A DNA stretch of 64,000 nucleotides from Candidatus Tayloriibacteriota bacterium (GCA_903857825.1 CAIOGI010000006.1:25132-89131); one strand, 5' to 3'; positions 1 to 8,926 are shown, numbered from the stretch's first letter. A program made the numbers and translations. The notes: generated by a model not told the origin, from the sequence alone.

Positions 1-661
1 CAAGCTTCATTATTGATATTTCGTCTTTTGCTGTAAAGATAATCAATCGTATAGTATTGAATGTAATTATTATTGCAACAATAACAAAAATTATTGCCAA
101 TATTGAGCCTGTTTTCTCAACCGCAGGAATTATACGGCCTAGTCTATCAATAACTAATTTATTTTGATTATAATTGACCTTTTCTACGATACTCACACCC
201 TCTTTTGAAAATGAACTTTTACTATCTAGAAAATTGGCAATGCCAGAATATTGTGAAGGTTCTTTTGCTTTTATATTTAGTACAGCAGGGAAAGGATTTT
301 CACCGATCTCATCTAGTCCCTGAAGAATAGAAGTATTGTCTTTCCATTTATCTCGAAAATCTGCAAGCGCTTTATCACGAGAAACGTATTCCACCTTATC
401 CACTTCTGACAAATTTTCTATTACCTTTTTTAGGGCGATAATATCTGTCTCGTTTGAATCAAGTACAAAATATACATTTATATCAACCTTGTCTTTTACC
501 TCTCTCAATAATGTTCTACCGAATGCACTACCAAATATTAATCCACCAAAAATAAGTAAAGAGAGTGTTATAACAACAATAGCAGAAAAAGAAAGAAAGC
601 CATTTCTCCAAAAGTTTACAAAACCTGCTTTAATTATTCTTTTTAAATTTGTGAATATCAT
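1..661 (-). CDS. ftsX: Cell division permease FtsX (3' end beyond window start)
   Basis: Manual translation from ATG 661: MIFTNLKRIIKAGFVNFWRNGFLSFSAIVVITLSLLIFGG...KVDINVYF; directly downstream of ftsE; not in ORF track because truncated. Confidence 0.9.
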   Translation of the reverse strand, partial: MIFTNLKRIIKAGFVNFWRNGFLSFSAIVVITLSLLIFGGLIFGSAFGRTLLREVKDKVDINVYFVLDSNETDIIALKKVIENLSEVDKVEYVSRDKALADFRDKWKDNTSILQGLDEIGENPFPAVLNIKAKEPSQYSGIANFLDSKSSFSKEGVSIVEKVNYNQNKLVIDRLGRIIPAVEKTGSILAIIFVIVAIIITFNTIRLIIFTAKDEISIMKL

Positions 662-682
662 GATTATATAAATAATATATTT

Positions 683-1363
683 CTATAAAACGTATTTGCC
701 TGCCTTATCATCTCGTATTATTTTACCTTTTTCCATAGTCAATACTCTTCCACCAACTTCATCTACAACTCCTTTGTTGTGTGTAGTCAATAAAACTGTT
801 GTACCCATTTTATGAATTTTCTGTAGTATTTTTATTATTTCATAAGTATTTATAGGGTCAAGATTACCTGTAGGCTCGTCGGCTATTATTATATCTGGTT
901 GAGTAACAATTGCTCTAGCTATAGCTACTCTTTGCTTTTCTCCTCCAGAAAGCTCATGCGGAAAACTCCATATTTTCTTTCCAAGATCTACTAACTCTAA
1001 TACATGTGGTACATCAGAATGAATTTCTGCATCAGTTCTACCAGCTGCTTCCATTACAAAGGCGATATTTTCATATGCTGTTTTATTGGGTATAAGACGA
1101 AAGTCTTGAAAAACTGTTCCGATTCTTCTTCGAAGCTTATTTATCTCTCTTTTCTTTAATTTGTTAATATTTGCAGACTCAAAAAATACTGAACCCTCGG
1201 ACGGTCTTTCTTCTGCTATAAGCATCTTTATTAAAGTACTTTTCCCAGCTCCAGAGTGCCCCACAATTGTAAGAAATTCATTTGGCTGAACACCAAAACT
1301 GACTTGATCAAGAGCAATACTTTCATCCGCATATATCTTTGAGACTTTATCGAAATAAATCAT
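683..1363 (-). CDS. ftsE: Cell division ABC ATPase FtsE
   Basis: Walker A GHSGAGKST, LSGGEKQRVAIARA, IIIADEPTGNLD; start moved to MIYFDKV (TGgTATAAT 6 nt upstream). Confidence 0.93.
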   Translation of the reverse strand: MIYFDKVSKIYADESIALDQVSFGVQPNEFLTIVGHSGAGKSTLIKMLIAEERPSEGSVFFESANINKLKKREINKLRRRIGTVFQDFRLIPNKTAYENIAFVMEAAGRTDAEIHSDVPHVLELVDLGKKIWSFPHELSGGEKQRVAIARAIVTQPDIIIADEPTGNLDPINTYEIIKILQKIHKMGTTVLLTTHNKGVVDEVGGRVLTMEKGKIIRDDKAGKYVL

Positions 1364-1451
1364 GAATAGATTATACCACAAGGGTACTTCTATTTCACTA
1401 ATTCGCTGGGTACAGCTCATGTGAAATAAGTCGTGCCACAGGAGTACTTCC

Positions 1452-1479
1452 ATTTTCTAATCGCTTCGCTCAAGAAAAT
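1452..1479 (-). repeat. Short stem closing GAGCGAAGCGA loop (REP-like mini element)
   Basis: ATTTTCT/AGAAAAT stem; same loop type at 22692-22723. Confidence 0.45.
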
Positions 1480-1509
1480 TAGGTCGTACCACAAGTAATA
1501 TTTAAATAT

Positions 1510-1680
1510 ACAAAATTGGACTCGTCGACTTGCGCTCGGAAGTTCCTCTTTTTTTCACAAGTTCAAAAAAGTAGGACTTCCTCCTTACAGGAGCTGTACA
1601 CCTTTCACTTTTTGATTACAAAATGTTCAAGGTCTTGCGAAAGCTCCGCTTTCTCACACCGTGCCGAGTCTCAATTTTGT
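1510..1680 (-). repeat. Dispersed intergenic hairpin element, copy 1 (with extra ~80-nt arm)
   Basis: Terminal arms ACAAAATTGGACTCG / CGAGTCTCAATTTTGT; shared TTGCGCTC and CACC cores with copies at 4688, 29330, 52127, 52644. Confidence 0.9.
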
Positions 1681-1683
1681 TTT

Positions 1684-2565
1684 CTATAACATTCTTTCCC
1701 CTTCTATAAACTCATCGATATGCCCTTCCAAAACCTTTTCTATTTGTGAAGTTTCAATATTTGTCCTATGATCCTTTACCATTTTGTAAGGATGCATAAC
1801 ATAAGAGCGAATCTGATTCCCCCATTCAATAGAAGTTGTCTTACTGATATACAGTCCCTTTTCCTTGGCTATTCTTTCATCCTCTCTTAATTTAAATAGC
1901 TTTCCACGCAGAATATCCATTGCTTTTTCTTTGTTTTGAGCTTGTGATCTCTCCGAGGTAACATGTACTGAAAGCCCAGTCTCTTTGTGTACAATCCTTA
2001 CAGCTGTTTCTCTTTTGTTCACATTTTGGCCACCAGGTCCGCCTGACTTTGCTATAGAAATCTCAATATCTTTTTCAGGAAGATCCATATCTGCACTATT
2101 TGTTTTTTCAAATTTTGGTATTACTTCGACCATTGAAAAAGAAGTGTGTCGAAGTTGTTTAGCATTAAAAGGTGAAATACGCACAAGACGATGTACACCT
2201 GACTCATTCTTCAGATCTCCATATACATTTTTTCCGCTTATCTCAATAGTTATATTTCTGAAACCACCATGATCATTTTCGTTTGAATGTACGAGCTCCA
2301 TTCCCCAACCTTTTTTTTCTGAATATTTTCTATACATTCTATAAAGAATTGCTGAGAAATCCTCTGAGTCGTCACCTCCCGCTCCAGAAAATATAGTCAA
2401 GATTGCATTACCTTTATCAAACTTTCCAACACCTTCCAGTGAATTTTTTAAATCTGCTATTTCTTTTATCACTGCCTGCGCTTTGTTCTTATCAGCCCAA
2501 AAGTCAGTGCTTTGCATAGACATTTCCAATTCGTCAATCTTTTTCTGAATTTCCTCTTTTTGCAT
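1684..2565 (-). CDS. prfB: Peptide chain release factor 2 (shortened N-terminal domain)
   Basis: SPF anticodon-mimic (RISPFN), GGQ (GPGGQNVNK), WGNQIRSYV. Confidence 0.95.
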   Translation of the reverse strand: MQKEEIQKKIDELEMSMQSTDFWADKNKAQAVIKEIADLKNSLEGVGKFDKGNAILTIFSGAGGDDSEDFSAILYRMYRKYSEKKGWGMELVHSNENDHGGFRNITIEISGKNVYGDLKNESGVHRLVRISPFNAKQLRHTSFSMVEVIPKFEKTNSADMDLPEKDIEISIAKSGGPGGQNVNKRETAVRIVHKETGLSVHVTSERSQAQNKEKAMDILRGKLFKLREDERIAKEKGLYISKTTSIEWGNQIRSYVMHPYKMVKDHRTNIETSQIEKVLEGHIDEFIEGERML

Positions 2566-2600
2566 TAGTTTAGTGTATAAGAAAAAAGGGCAAAAGAAAA

Positions 2601-2731
2601 GCCGAGAGGGTGAACTACCTTCACATTAAGATGGGGATGAATCTGTATTTTGAAGTGTTAGAGACGCAACACAACAACTACATCCATTCACGGGCTCAAG
2701 AGCCTAACCAGCCCCAAACTTACCTCTCGAC
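2601..2731 (-). ncRNA. Putative structured ncRNA A (131 nt)
   Basis: Closing stem GTCGAGAGG/CCTCTCGGC followed by U-run; internal stems TGGGG/CCCCA, GGCT/AGCC, TGAAT/ATTCA, GTGTT/AACAC, GTGAA/TTCAC; promoter TTGGCT-17-TATGAT at 2769-2741. Confidence 0.6.
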
Positions 2732-2763
2732 TATTCATCTATCATATCATGTATTCATTCCTG

Positions 2764-2834
2764 AGCCAAATGTGAGAATCGGACTCACATTCCCGCTTTA
2801 CGAAAGCGGTGTTCTACCATTGAACTAATTTGGC
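2764..2834 (-). tRNA. tRNA-Thr(CGT)
   Basis: Cloverleaf: acceptor GCCAAAT/ATTTGGC, D stem GTTC/GAAC, anticodon arm CCGCT-TTCGTAA-AGCGG, T arm GTGAG-TCCGATT-CTCAC; CCA not encoded. Confidence 0.9.
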
Positions 2835-2841
2835 AAAAGGT

Positions 2842-2983
2842 GCCACTGAAATCCGAGACAAGTACACCTCGTTATAGTTACGGGCACTCACTCCGGAGAC
2901 ATGGTATGTTTGGCCCATGCCAGAGTTACTTATGTCTCACAGCCTAGGTATTGTAACCAATTATGCCGAAAGACTTCAGTGGC
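2842..2983 (-). ncRNA. Putative structured ncRNA B (142 nt)
   Basis: 12-bp closing stem GCCACTGAAGTC/GATTTCAGTGGC; internal GAGACA/TGTCTC, ACTCTGG/CCGGAGT, CATGG/CCATG; G-U pairs favour minus strand; promoter immediately upstream. Confidence 0.65.
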
Positions 2984-2989
2984 TTTTTT

Positions 2990-3018
2990 ATATTAACATT
3001 TTATATTCAATTTGCCAT
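2990..3018 (-). promoter_or_regulatory. Sigma70 promoter for ncRNA B / tRNA-Thr
   Basis: ATGGCA-17 bp-TAATAT with extended TG, 6 nt before first base of ncRNA B. Confidence 0.55.
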
Positions 3019-3101
3019 TAATCTTTTTACATCTCACCTCCCTGTCACCTCCCTAGCCAAAACTTCATTTTTCTGATACAGTAAAAAACACAAACACTAG
3101 T

Positions 3102-4640
3102 ATGACAAAGGTAATTAAGGACAATTCAGCTAAATTAATTAAACGACCCCCAGTTGTAGTTATTATGGGTCATATTGACCATGGTAAGTCAACACTTCTA
3201 GATTATATACGAAAAGCAAATATTGTTGACGGTGAAGCTGGAGGTATCACCCAACATCTCGGCGCATACGAAGTAAATCACAAAACCAGCGAAGGAAAAG
3301 AAGGTAGAATAACTTTTCTTGACACACCAGGCCACGAAGCCTTCTGCAGTATAAGAGAGCGAGGTGCTCAAGTTGCTGATGTTGCCATACTCGTTGTCTC
3401 TGCCGAGGATGGAGTGAAGCCACAGACTCTTGAAGCATTAAAATGCATTTTGCTAGAAAAAATTCCATATGTAGTAGCAATAAATAAAATTGATAAAGCC
3501 GGAGCAGATATAGAAAAAACAAAGCAGAGCCTTGCAGAGAATGAGGTATATGTTGAAGGTTATGGTGGAGATATTCCTGTATGTGCAATTTCTGCTTTAA
3601 ATGGTGAAGGAATCGCAAATTTATTGGATATAGTCCTACTAGTCACTGATATGCTAGATCTAAAAGCAGATACGAATGCTAAAGCAGAGGGTTCTATAAT
3701 AGAAGCAAAACTCGACAGCAAAAAAGGAATTTCAGCAACATTACTGATTAAAAATGGAACTTTAGAATCAGGTCAGTTCGTTGTTGCAGGAGATTCTCTA
3801 TCCCCAGTTAGAATATTCGAAGACTATCAAGGTAAAGCTATAAAAAAAGCTAGCTTTTCAAGTCCAGTGAAAGTTATTGGTTTTAATAAAATACCAATAG
3901 TTGGAAGTAGATTTGTCACCTGTCTTAATAAAAAAGAGGCTGAAGAAACTGCAAAGAACTTTACAGAAACACACAAAGCAAAAGCTAGCGTGAATAGCTC
4001 ATATACCAGAAGAGATGAAAACGACACAACTGTAATTATCCCAATTATCATTAAAGCTGATGTTGTGGGAAGTCTCGAAGGCATAAAGCATGAATTAGTA
4101 AAGATAAAAAATGAAAAAGTAAAGATAAAAATAGTTTCAGAAAGTATTGGTAATATAAATGAAAATGATGTAAAGACTGTTCAGGGCGATCCAAATATTA
4201 TAATAGTAAGTTTCAATACAAGAATAGACTCAAAAGCTCAAGGGACAATAGAAAGGTCAAATATTAAAATAAAATCCTTCGACATAATATACAATCTAGT
4301 TCAATTCTTAAAAGACGAAGTTACTTCAAAAATTCCAAAAGAATATATTGATGAAATATCAGGAACTGCCAAAATTTTAGCCATTTTCAACAAAAGTAAA
4401 GACAAACAAATACTAGGTGGAAAAGTACAAATTGGCACACTCAATATAGGTTCTGAAGTAAAAATACTTCGTCGAGATATGGAAATAGGCAGAGGAAGGA
4501 TAAAAGAGCTTCAATTACAAAAAGTTAAGGCAACTGAGGTAAATGAGGGCTATGAATTTGGTTGTATGATAGAGTCAAAGATCGAGATCGCTCTCGGTGA
4601 CAAGGTGCAGGGATTTGTCACTGTGGAGAAGAAAGTGTAA
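3102..4640 (+). CDS. infB: Translation initiation factor IF-2 (short form, no long N-terminal region)
   Basis: RPPVVVIMGHIDHGKST, GGITQH, DTPGHEAF, NKID. Confidence 0.97.
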   Translation: MTKVIKDNSAKLIKRPPVVVIMGHIDHGKSTLLDYIRKANIVDGEAGGITQHLGAYEVNHKTSEGKEGRITFLDTPGHEAFCSIRERGAQVADVAILVVSAEDGVKPQTLEALKCILLEKIPYVVAINKIDKAGADIEKTKQSLAENEVYVEGYGGDIPVCAISALNGEGIANLLDIVLLVTDMLDLKADTNAKAEGSIIEAKLDSKKGISATLLIKNGTLESGQFVVAGDSLSPVRIFEDYQGKAIKKASFSSPVKVIGFNKIPIVGSRFVTCLNKKEAEETAKNFTETHKAKASVNSSYTRRDENDTTVIIPIIIKADVVGSLEGIKHELVKIKNEKVKIKIVSESIGNINENDVKTVQGDPNIIIVSFNTRIDSKAQGTIERSNIKIKSFDIIYNLVQFLKDEVTSKIPKEYIDEISGTAKILAIFNKSKDKQILGGKVQIGTLNIGSEVKILRRDMEIGRGRIKELQLQKVKATEVNEGYEFGCMIESKIEIALGDKVQGFVTVEKKV

Positions 4641-4687
4641 TATGAGTAATAAGAAAATTGGACTTGTCGAGAAATTGTATTGAGTAA

Positions 4688-4783
4688 ACAAAATTGAGAC
4701 TCGACGCGGTGAGGAAGTCTTTTATTTTAGCTCTGCTACAAATAAAAGAGCTTCCGAGCGCAAGCAAGCGAGTCCAATTTTGT
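4688..4783 (+). repeat. Dispersed intergenic hairpin element, copy 2
   Basis: ACAAAATTGAGACTCG...GGTGA-GGAAG...CTTCC-GAGCGCAAG...CGAGTCCAATTTTGT; a truncated end (AAAATTGGACTTGTCGA) lies at about 4654-4670. Confidence 0.9.
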
Positions 4784-4796
4784 GAGATAAAATAAT

Positions 4797-5129
4797 ATGT
4801 CATCATCAAGAGAACAAAAATTAAAAGATATAATAAAAGAAGCAGCAGCTGAGTTCCTTCAGCGTGAATCAAATCACATTTCCCTATTAACAGTAACCGA
4901 TGTTTCTCTTTCAGATCGCTGCAATCAAGCCACAATATTCTTTACAGTCCTTCCTCAGGACAAGGAAAAAGGTGCATTAGATTTCGTAAAGAGAAAGCGT
5001 GCAGAATTTAGAGAATATTTTAAAAGCAAAGCAAGAATGCGTGCACTTCCCTTTTTTGATTTTGAAATTGATAATGGAGAGAAGAATCGTCAAAGAATAG
5101 ACGAAATAGCTAGAAATGTTATAGAATAG
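4797..5129 (+). CDS. rbfA: Ribosome-binding factor A
   Basis: TVTDVSLSD...ATIFFTV...MRALPFFDFEID; follows infB. Confidence 0.88.
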   Translation: MSSSREQKLKDIIKEAAAEFLQRESNHISLLTVTDVSLSDRCNQATIFFTVLPQDKEKGALDFVKRKRAEFREYFKSKARMRALPFFDFEIDNGEKNRQRIDEIARNVIE

Positions 5130-5137
5130 CAAGAGTC

Positions 5138-5211
5138 GGCGTAGTGGCGAAGTTGGTTAACGCAGCAGTTTGCAAAACTGCCATTCACCGGTTCGAGCCC
5201 GGTCTACGCCT
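5138..5211 (+). tRNA. tRNA-Cys(GCA)
   Basis: Acceptor GGCGTAG/CTACGCC, anticodon arm GCAGT-TTGCAAA-ACTGC, T arm ACCGG-TTCGAGC-CCGGT. Confidence 0.95.
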
Positions 5212-5226
5212 CCCAAATTATTAATT

Positions 5227-5913
5227 ATGAAAAATCAAGATGACATTGATCCAAATGTCTTTTGGTATATTGTTGGATACATCGCAACTGATGGTTCACT
5301 GAGCAAAGATGGAAGGCATGTATCGATCACGTCAAAAGACCATGAACATTTAGAAAAAATCAAGAAAGAGCTTGGTATTACTTCTAAAATTACAAAAAAA
5401 TGTCGTGCCCGAGGAAAAGAAAAAATATATTCGGTAATACAGATAGGTGGCATATCAAATTATCGTTTCCTTAATTCTATTGGTATGTATTCCAGAAAGA
5501 CATGGAATATGGGTCCAATCAAGATTGACGAAAAGTTATTTGGTGATTTTCTAAGAGGTGTTATAGATGGTGATGGATGTATTTATTCTTGGAAGAATAA
5601 GAGCAATAATCATAAACAATGGTCTTTGAGAATTTCTGGAACAGCACCAAAGTTTATTGAATGGTTATTTGAGCACATACAGACAACTTTTATGGTACAA
5701 GGTAGATTACATATTGACAAAAGAAATAATCGATCAGATACATACATAATTAAATTTGGTAAATTAGCCACTCAACGTATATTGAGAGACATTTATTATG
5801 AAGATTGTTTCTGTTTAGATAGAAAATTAGTTAAAGCGAATGAGTGCTTGCAAGATGAAGCAAAGATGATAAAGTATGGTGGAGTAATATGCTCGGGTGG
5901 CGAAACTGGTTAG
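5227..5913 (+). CDS. Free-standing double-motif LAGLIDADG homing-endonuclease-like protein
   Basis: Two LAGLIDADG helices: WYIVGYIATDGS and FLRGVIDGDGCI; start moved to MKNQDD because the track start lies inside tRNA-Cys. Confidence 0.88.
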   Translation: MKNQDDIDPNVFWYIVGYIATDGSLSKDGRHVSITSKDHEHLEKIKKELGITSKITKKCRARGKEKIYSVIQIGGISNYRFLNSIGMYSRKTWNMGPIKIDEKLFGDFLRGVIDGDGCIYSWKNKSNNHKQWSLRISGTAPKFIEWLFEHIQTTFMVQGRLHIDKRNNRSDTYIIKFGKLATQRILRDIYYEDCFCLDRKLVKANECLQDEAKMIKYGGVICSGGETG

Positions 5914-5975
5914 ACGCAAAAGACTTAAAATCTTTCGACCGAAAGGTTATGCGGGTTCGACTCCCGCCCCGAGCA
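5891..5975 (+). tRNA. tRNA-Leu(TAA)
   Basis: Acceptor GCTCGGG/CCCGAGC, anticodon arm AAAGA-CTTAAAA-TCTTT, long variable arm, T arm GCGGG-TTCGACT-CCCGC. Confidence 0.95.
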
Positions 5976-6121
5976 CTGATCTGTGCCCCATAAAAGTAAC
6001 CCCTATTTACCAGTTTTTTGCTGTTTTCTGCTTGTTTGTATTTGTTTTACATAGTAAAATATAGTGTAGTATTGATTTTGTATTTTAGATTCAATTTTAT
6101 TATTAGTTAATTTTATATACA

Positions 6122-8926
6122 ATGGAACATTTACCATTACTAGCAGAAAAGAAAAGATATGAGGAATTATCAGGTGCTGAAAAACTAAAAGTTTTACAAA
6201 AACTTTACCTTGAGCAAACGGGTAAAAAACTTATGAATGTTTCTAGCGCTAATGAACCTGAATATATGAATCCCGTAGGAAAAGCTCCGGGAAGGTATGT
6301 AAGAGTAAGACCATATGAAGGAAGAGAGGCATTAGTTATGTTACCATCTGAGAATGTAGATGAGATAGATGGAACTCCGCCAGAAAACCAAACTTCTGAA
6401 ACAACAGCAGAAGAACCTTCGACAGATACTGTTGCTAAAGATACTATACAAACGCAAGGAATACAGACACCCACTTCACCGTTTTCTGAAATAAACGAAC
6501 CTAAACCGGACGTTCAAAATGAACCCATACCAACAACCGCGACTGGAAAAGAAAATTTGCCATATCAAATGTTTGATAATATTGGTCTTGGCTTTAATTA
6601 CGGCAAAGCTGGTGAAGGTCAGCAAATGGCAGATGAAGACAAACTGGAACTAGCTAATACAAGATGGCAAGTAAAACCTGATATTGCTTTAACAGAATCA
6701 GGTTCGGCTGACAAAATAGAAGATCCAAAAGAAAAAGCAGAAACCAAAGAACAATCTCCAAATACAGAAAAATTTCTATCTCCAGAAGATATTGCTAAAG
6801 AAATAGATGCATTTGAAATCAAAGAAGGAAATTCTATTGTCTTTCACTATGCGGACAAAGACAGTAAAGTAAAAATTATAAGGATAGATGGTGGAAGCAT
6901 TATATATAAAAGCTTTCTTAATCGCAAAGGCACTAATGAAGAAACGGCGAGTAATGAAAAGTCCTATGATAAAGACGGGGAAAGTTTTAAACGCGAACTC
7001 AAAGATCTTTTAGTTAATAAAGATGAGAAAATTATAAGCATTACCATAACAACTGCTGATAATTCAGAAAAAATAGATGATGGGCAGACTACAGAAGAGG
7101 TGTCACCTAAAGAATTTACTGCGGAAAAACTTCATATTGAAGATATTGCTAATGGATCAAAAAGAGTAAAAATTGAAGGTATGAATAGTGCTGGTGTAAC
7201 TACAACTTACACTCTACACAAAGGCACTCGTGCTGGAAAACCATTTTACTCAATTAAGACAGTAAATAGAGTAGCTTCTGGTTCAATACACCATGATAGT
7301 ACAGATGAACTTTTGAAATATCTTAATAACGACAAACTTACAAATGTTGTGATTAGTAGTGAAGAAGTAGTAATGCTGGAACCTGAAAAAGAAAAAGAAG
7401 TGCCTGATGAACCAGGACCTACTCCATCATTGGCAGGAGACCAACCCGTTAAACCTACACCGCAAGCTCCAAGTGGTACAGTTCCATTATCATCATTGTT
7501 TCCTGGAGGGGCAGTAGACTTTGGAACATTCAAACAAGCAACAGCAAAGACCGAACCTGCTACATCATTACCAGGAGACCGACCCGTTAAACCTACACCG
7601 CAAGCTCCAAGTGGTACAGTTACATTATCATCAATGTTTCCTGGAGGAGGAGTAGTGGACTTTAAGAAAGAAGAAGGACTATACGAAAAAGCAACACTTG
7701 CAGATATCAGACTAAGCTCAAAAAATAAAAGCTTTTTTGGTAAAATGTCAAAATTTGCACAGTCAATAGCGTTAAAACTCTATGAAGGCTCGGGAGTTAG
7801 TGACTTAGTTGCTAAATTTAGTATATGGAATGAGCAAGGCGGGATAAACGCTTTTGAAAAAATAGCAGTAACAAGAAAGGAAGAGATTGATGAAATTGAA
7901 CTTTTAAGCAAAGCTTTAGACCAGTCAAGGATAGCTATAAACAGTTCGATAGCATCACTTAAAGCAAAAGGATTATCAGGCGCTGAATCTCTTCAGATTG
8001 AACTTAGAAATATAGATAATGAAAAGAAAAAAATAGAAACAAGAAAAGATAGAATTAAAACTAAATTTGATAAAGCATACAATACAGCAAAAGTTTATTC
8101 AAATGATCGTGATGCCATAGCAAATAGAGTCATTGATCGATACAATGAAAAACTAGCACCGATAGAAGAACACTTAGAAACTCTTCAGGAGCAAAGAGTA
8201 AAACTCGAGATTCTTACCGTAGCAAGTCAAGAAGAATATGCACTCAAGCAAGAAGAAATTGATAGTTTAGTAGCAGAAAGAAATAACGAGGTTGAAAGAT
8301 TAAAAAATGCATCTAAAATAGTGATAACTGGTGCCCTTAAGAGACTTGATGGGAACATCAATTCAATACGAGAAAGTATAAAACTAGGTAGAGAAAAGTT
8401 GGAGGAAGAAAAAGTTGAAATAAATCGTCAAATTGCCAAAGCTGAAGAAAGAGCAAATCCATACAGAACAAGGAGGAATGAATTTACAAGAATGAAATCC
8501 CCTCTTATTGATATAAATGTGCCACCGATTTCAATAGAAAAAGATAGCAGGAAATTAAATGATATAGGAATCAGAACGGGAGGTGTTGTTGATACTAGTT
8601 TGCAACCAGAAATAAGTGTGACGCCAGAAACTCCCCCTGATGTGAAAAGATATGGTAAAGAGTGGGTGTCTATATCTAGCCATATCGGAGGCTGGAACAA
8701 ATATATAGAAGGGATAAAAGACGCCAACATAAATAAAGACCTATTCAAAATAGATATTAAAGGGTTATATTTCAATCATCCCAGGATAACTGGTGATCAA
8801 CTAGTTAGACGTGAGGCATTCCTCAAAACTCTTCAGATTCATATGGAAGCAATAGCAAAAAAGAATAGGGGCAGCCTTACCACTGAGACGATAAAGAAGG
8901 TTATCGCCGATTTTCCTAAAAATTAA
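6122..8926 (+). CDS. Large hypothetical protein; acidic/Pro-rich N-half, coiled-coil C-half
   Basis: 934-aa ORF; no recognisable catalytic motif; heptad-rich region in the C-half. Confidence 0.75.
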   Translation: MEHLPLLAEKKRYEELSGAEKLKVLQKLYLEQTGKKLMNVSSANEPEYMNPVGKAPGRYVRVRPYEGREALVMLPSENVDEIDGTPPENQTSETTAEEPSTDTVAKDTIQTQGIQTPTSPFSEINEPKPDVQNEPIPTTATGKENLPYQMFDNIGLGFNYGKAGEGQQMADEDKLELANTRWQVKPDIALTESGSADKIEDPKEKAETKEQSPNTEKFLSPEDIAKEIDAFEIKEGNSIVFHYADKDSKVKIIRIDGGSIIYKSFLNRKGTNEETASNEKSYDKDGESFKRELKDLLVNKDEKIISITITTADNSEKIDDGQTTEEVSPKEFTAEKLHIEDIANGSKRVKIEGMNSAGVTTTYTLHKGTRAGKPFYSIKTVNRVASGSIHHDSTDELLKYLNNDKLTNVVISSEEVVMLEPEKEKEVPDEPGPTPSLAGDQPVKPTPQAPSGTVPLSSLFPGGAVDFGTFKQATAKTEPATSLPGDRPVKPTPQAPSGTVTLSSMFPGGGVVDFKKEEGLYEKATLADIRLSSKNKSFFGKMSKFAQSIALKLYEGSGVSDLVAKFSIWNEQGGINAFEKIAVTRKEEIDEIELLSKALDQSRIAINSSIASLKAKGLSGAESLQIELRNIDNEKKKIETRKDRIKTKFDKAYNTAKVYSNDRDAIANRVIDRYNEKLAPIEEHLETLQEQRVKLEILTVASQEEYALKQEEIDSLVAERNNEVERLKNASKIVITGALKRLDGNINSIRESIKLGREKLEEEKVEINRQIAKAEERANPYRTRRNEFTRMKSPLIDINVPPISIEKDSRKLNDIGIRTGGVVDTSLQPEISVTPETPPDVKRYGKEWVSISSHIGGWNKYIEGIKDANINKDLFKIDIKGLYFNHPRITGDQLVRREAFLKTLQIHMEAIAKKNRGSLTTETIKKVIADFPKN
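7417..7663 (+). repeat. Intragenic duplication with 138-bp (46-aa) period
   Basis: GDQPVKPTPQAPSGTVPLSSLFPGG and GDRPVKPTPQAPSGTVTLSSMFPGG; CAGGAGACC at 7434 and 7572. Confidence 0.9.

Noticed and set aside
1684-2565. Alternative genetic code (UGA=Gly as in Gracilibacteria/Absconditabacteria)
   Set aside because: RF2 is present and long core ORFs are open under code 11.
2601-2731. tmRNA or SRP RNA assignment for ncRNA A (contains GGGGCTG)
   Set aside because: No T arm/CCA end, no tag ORF, no SRP GGAA-loop with conserved internal loop.
4618-4935. 105-aa minus-strand ORF spanning hairpin copy 2
   Set aside because: Overlaps infB and rbfA antisense; product of the repeat sequence.
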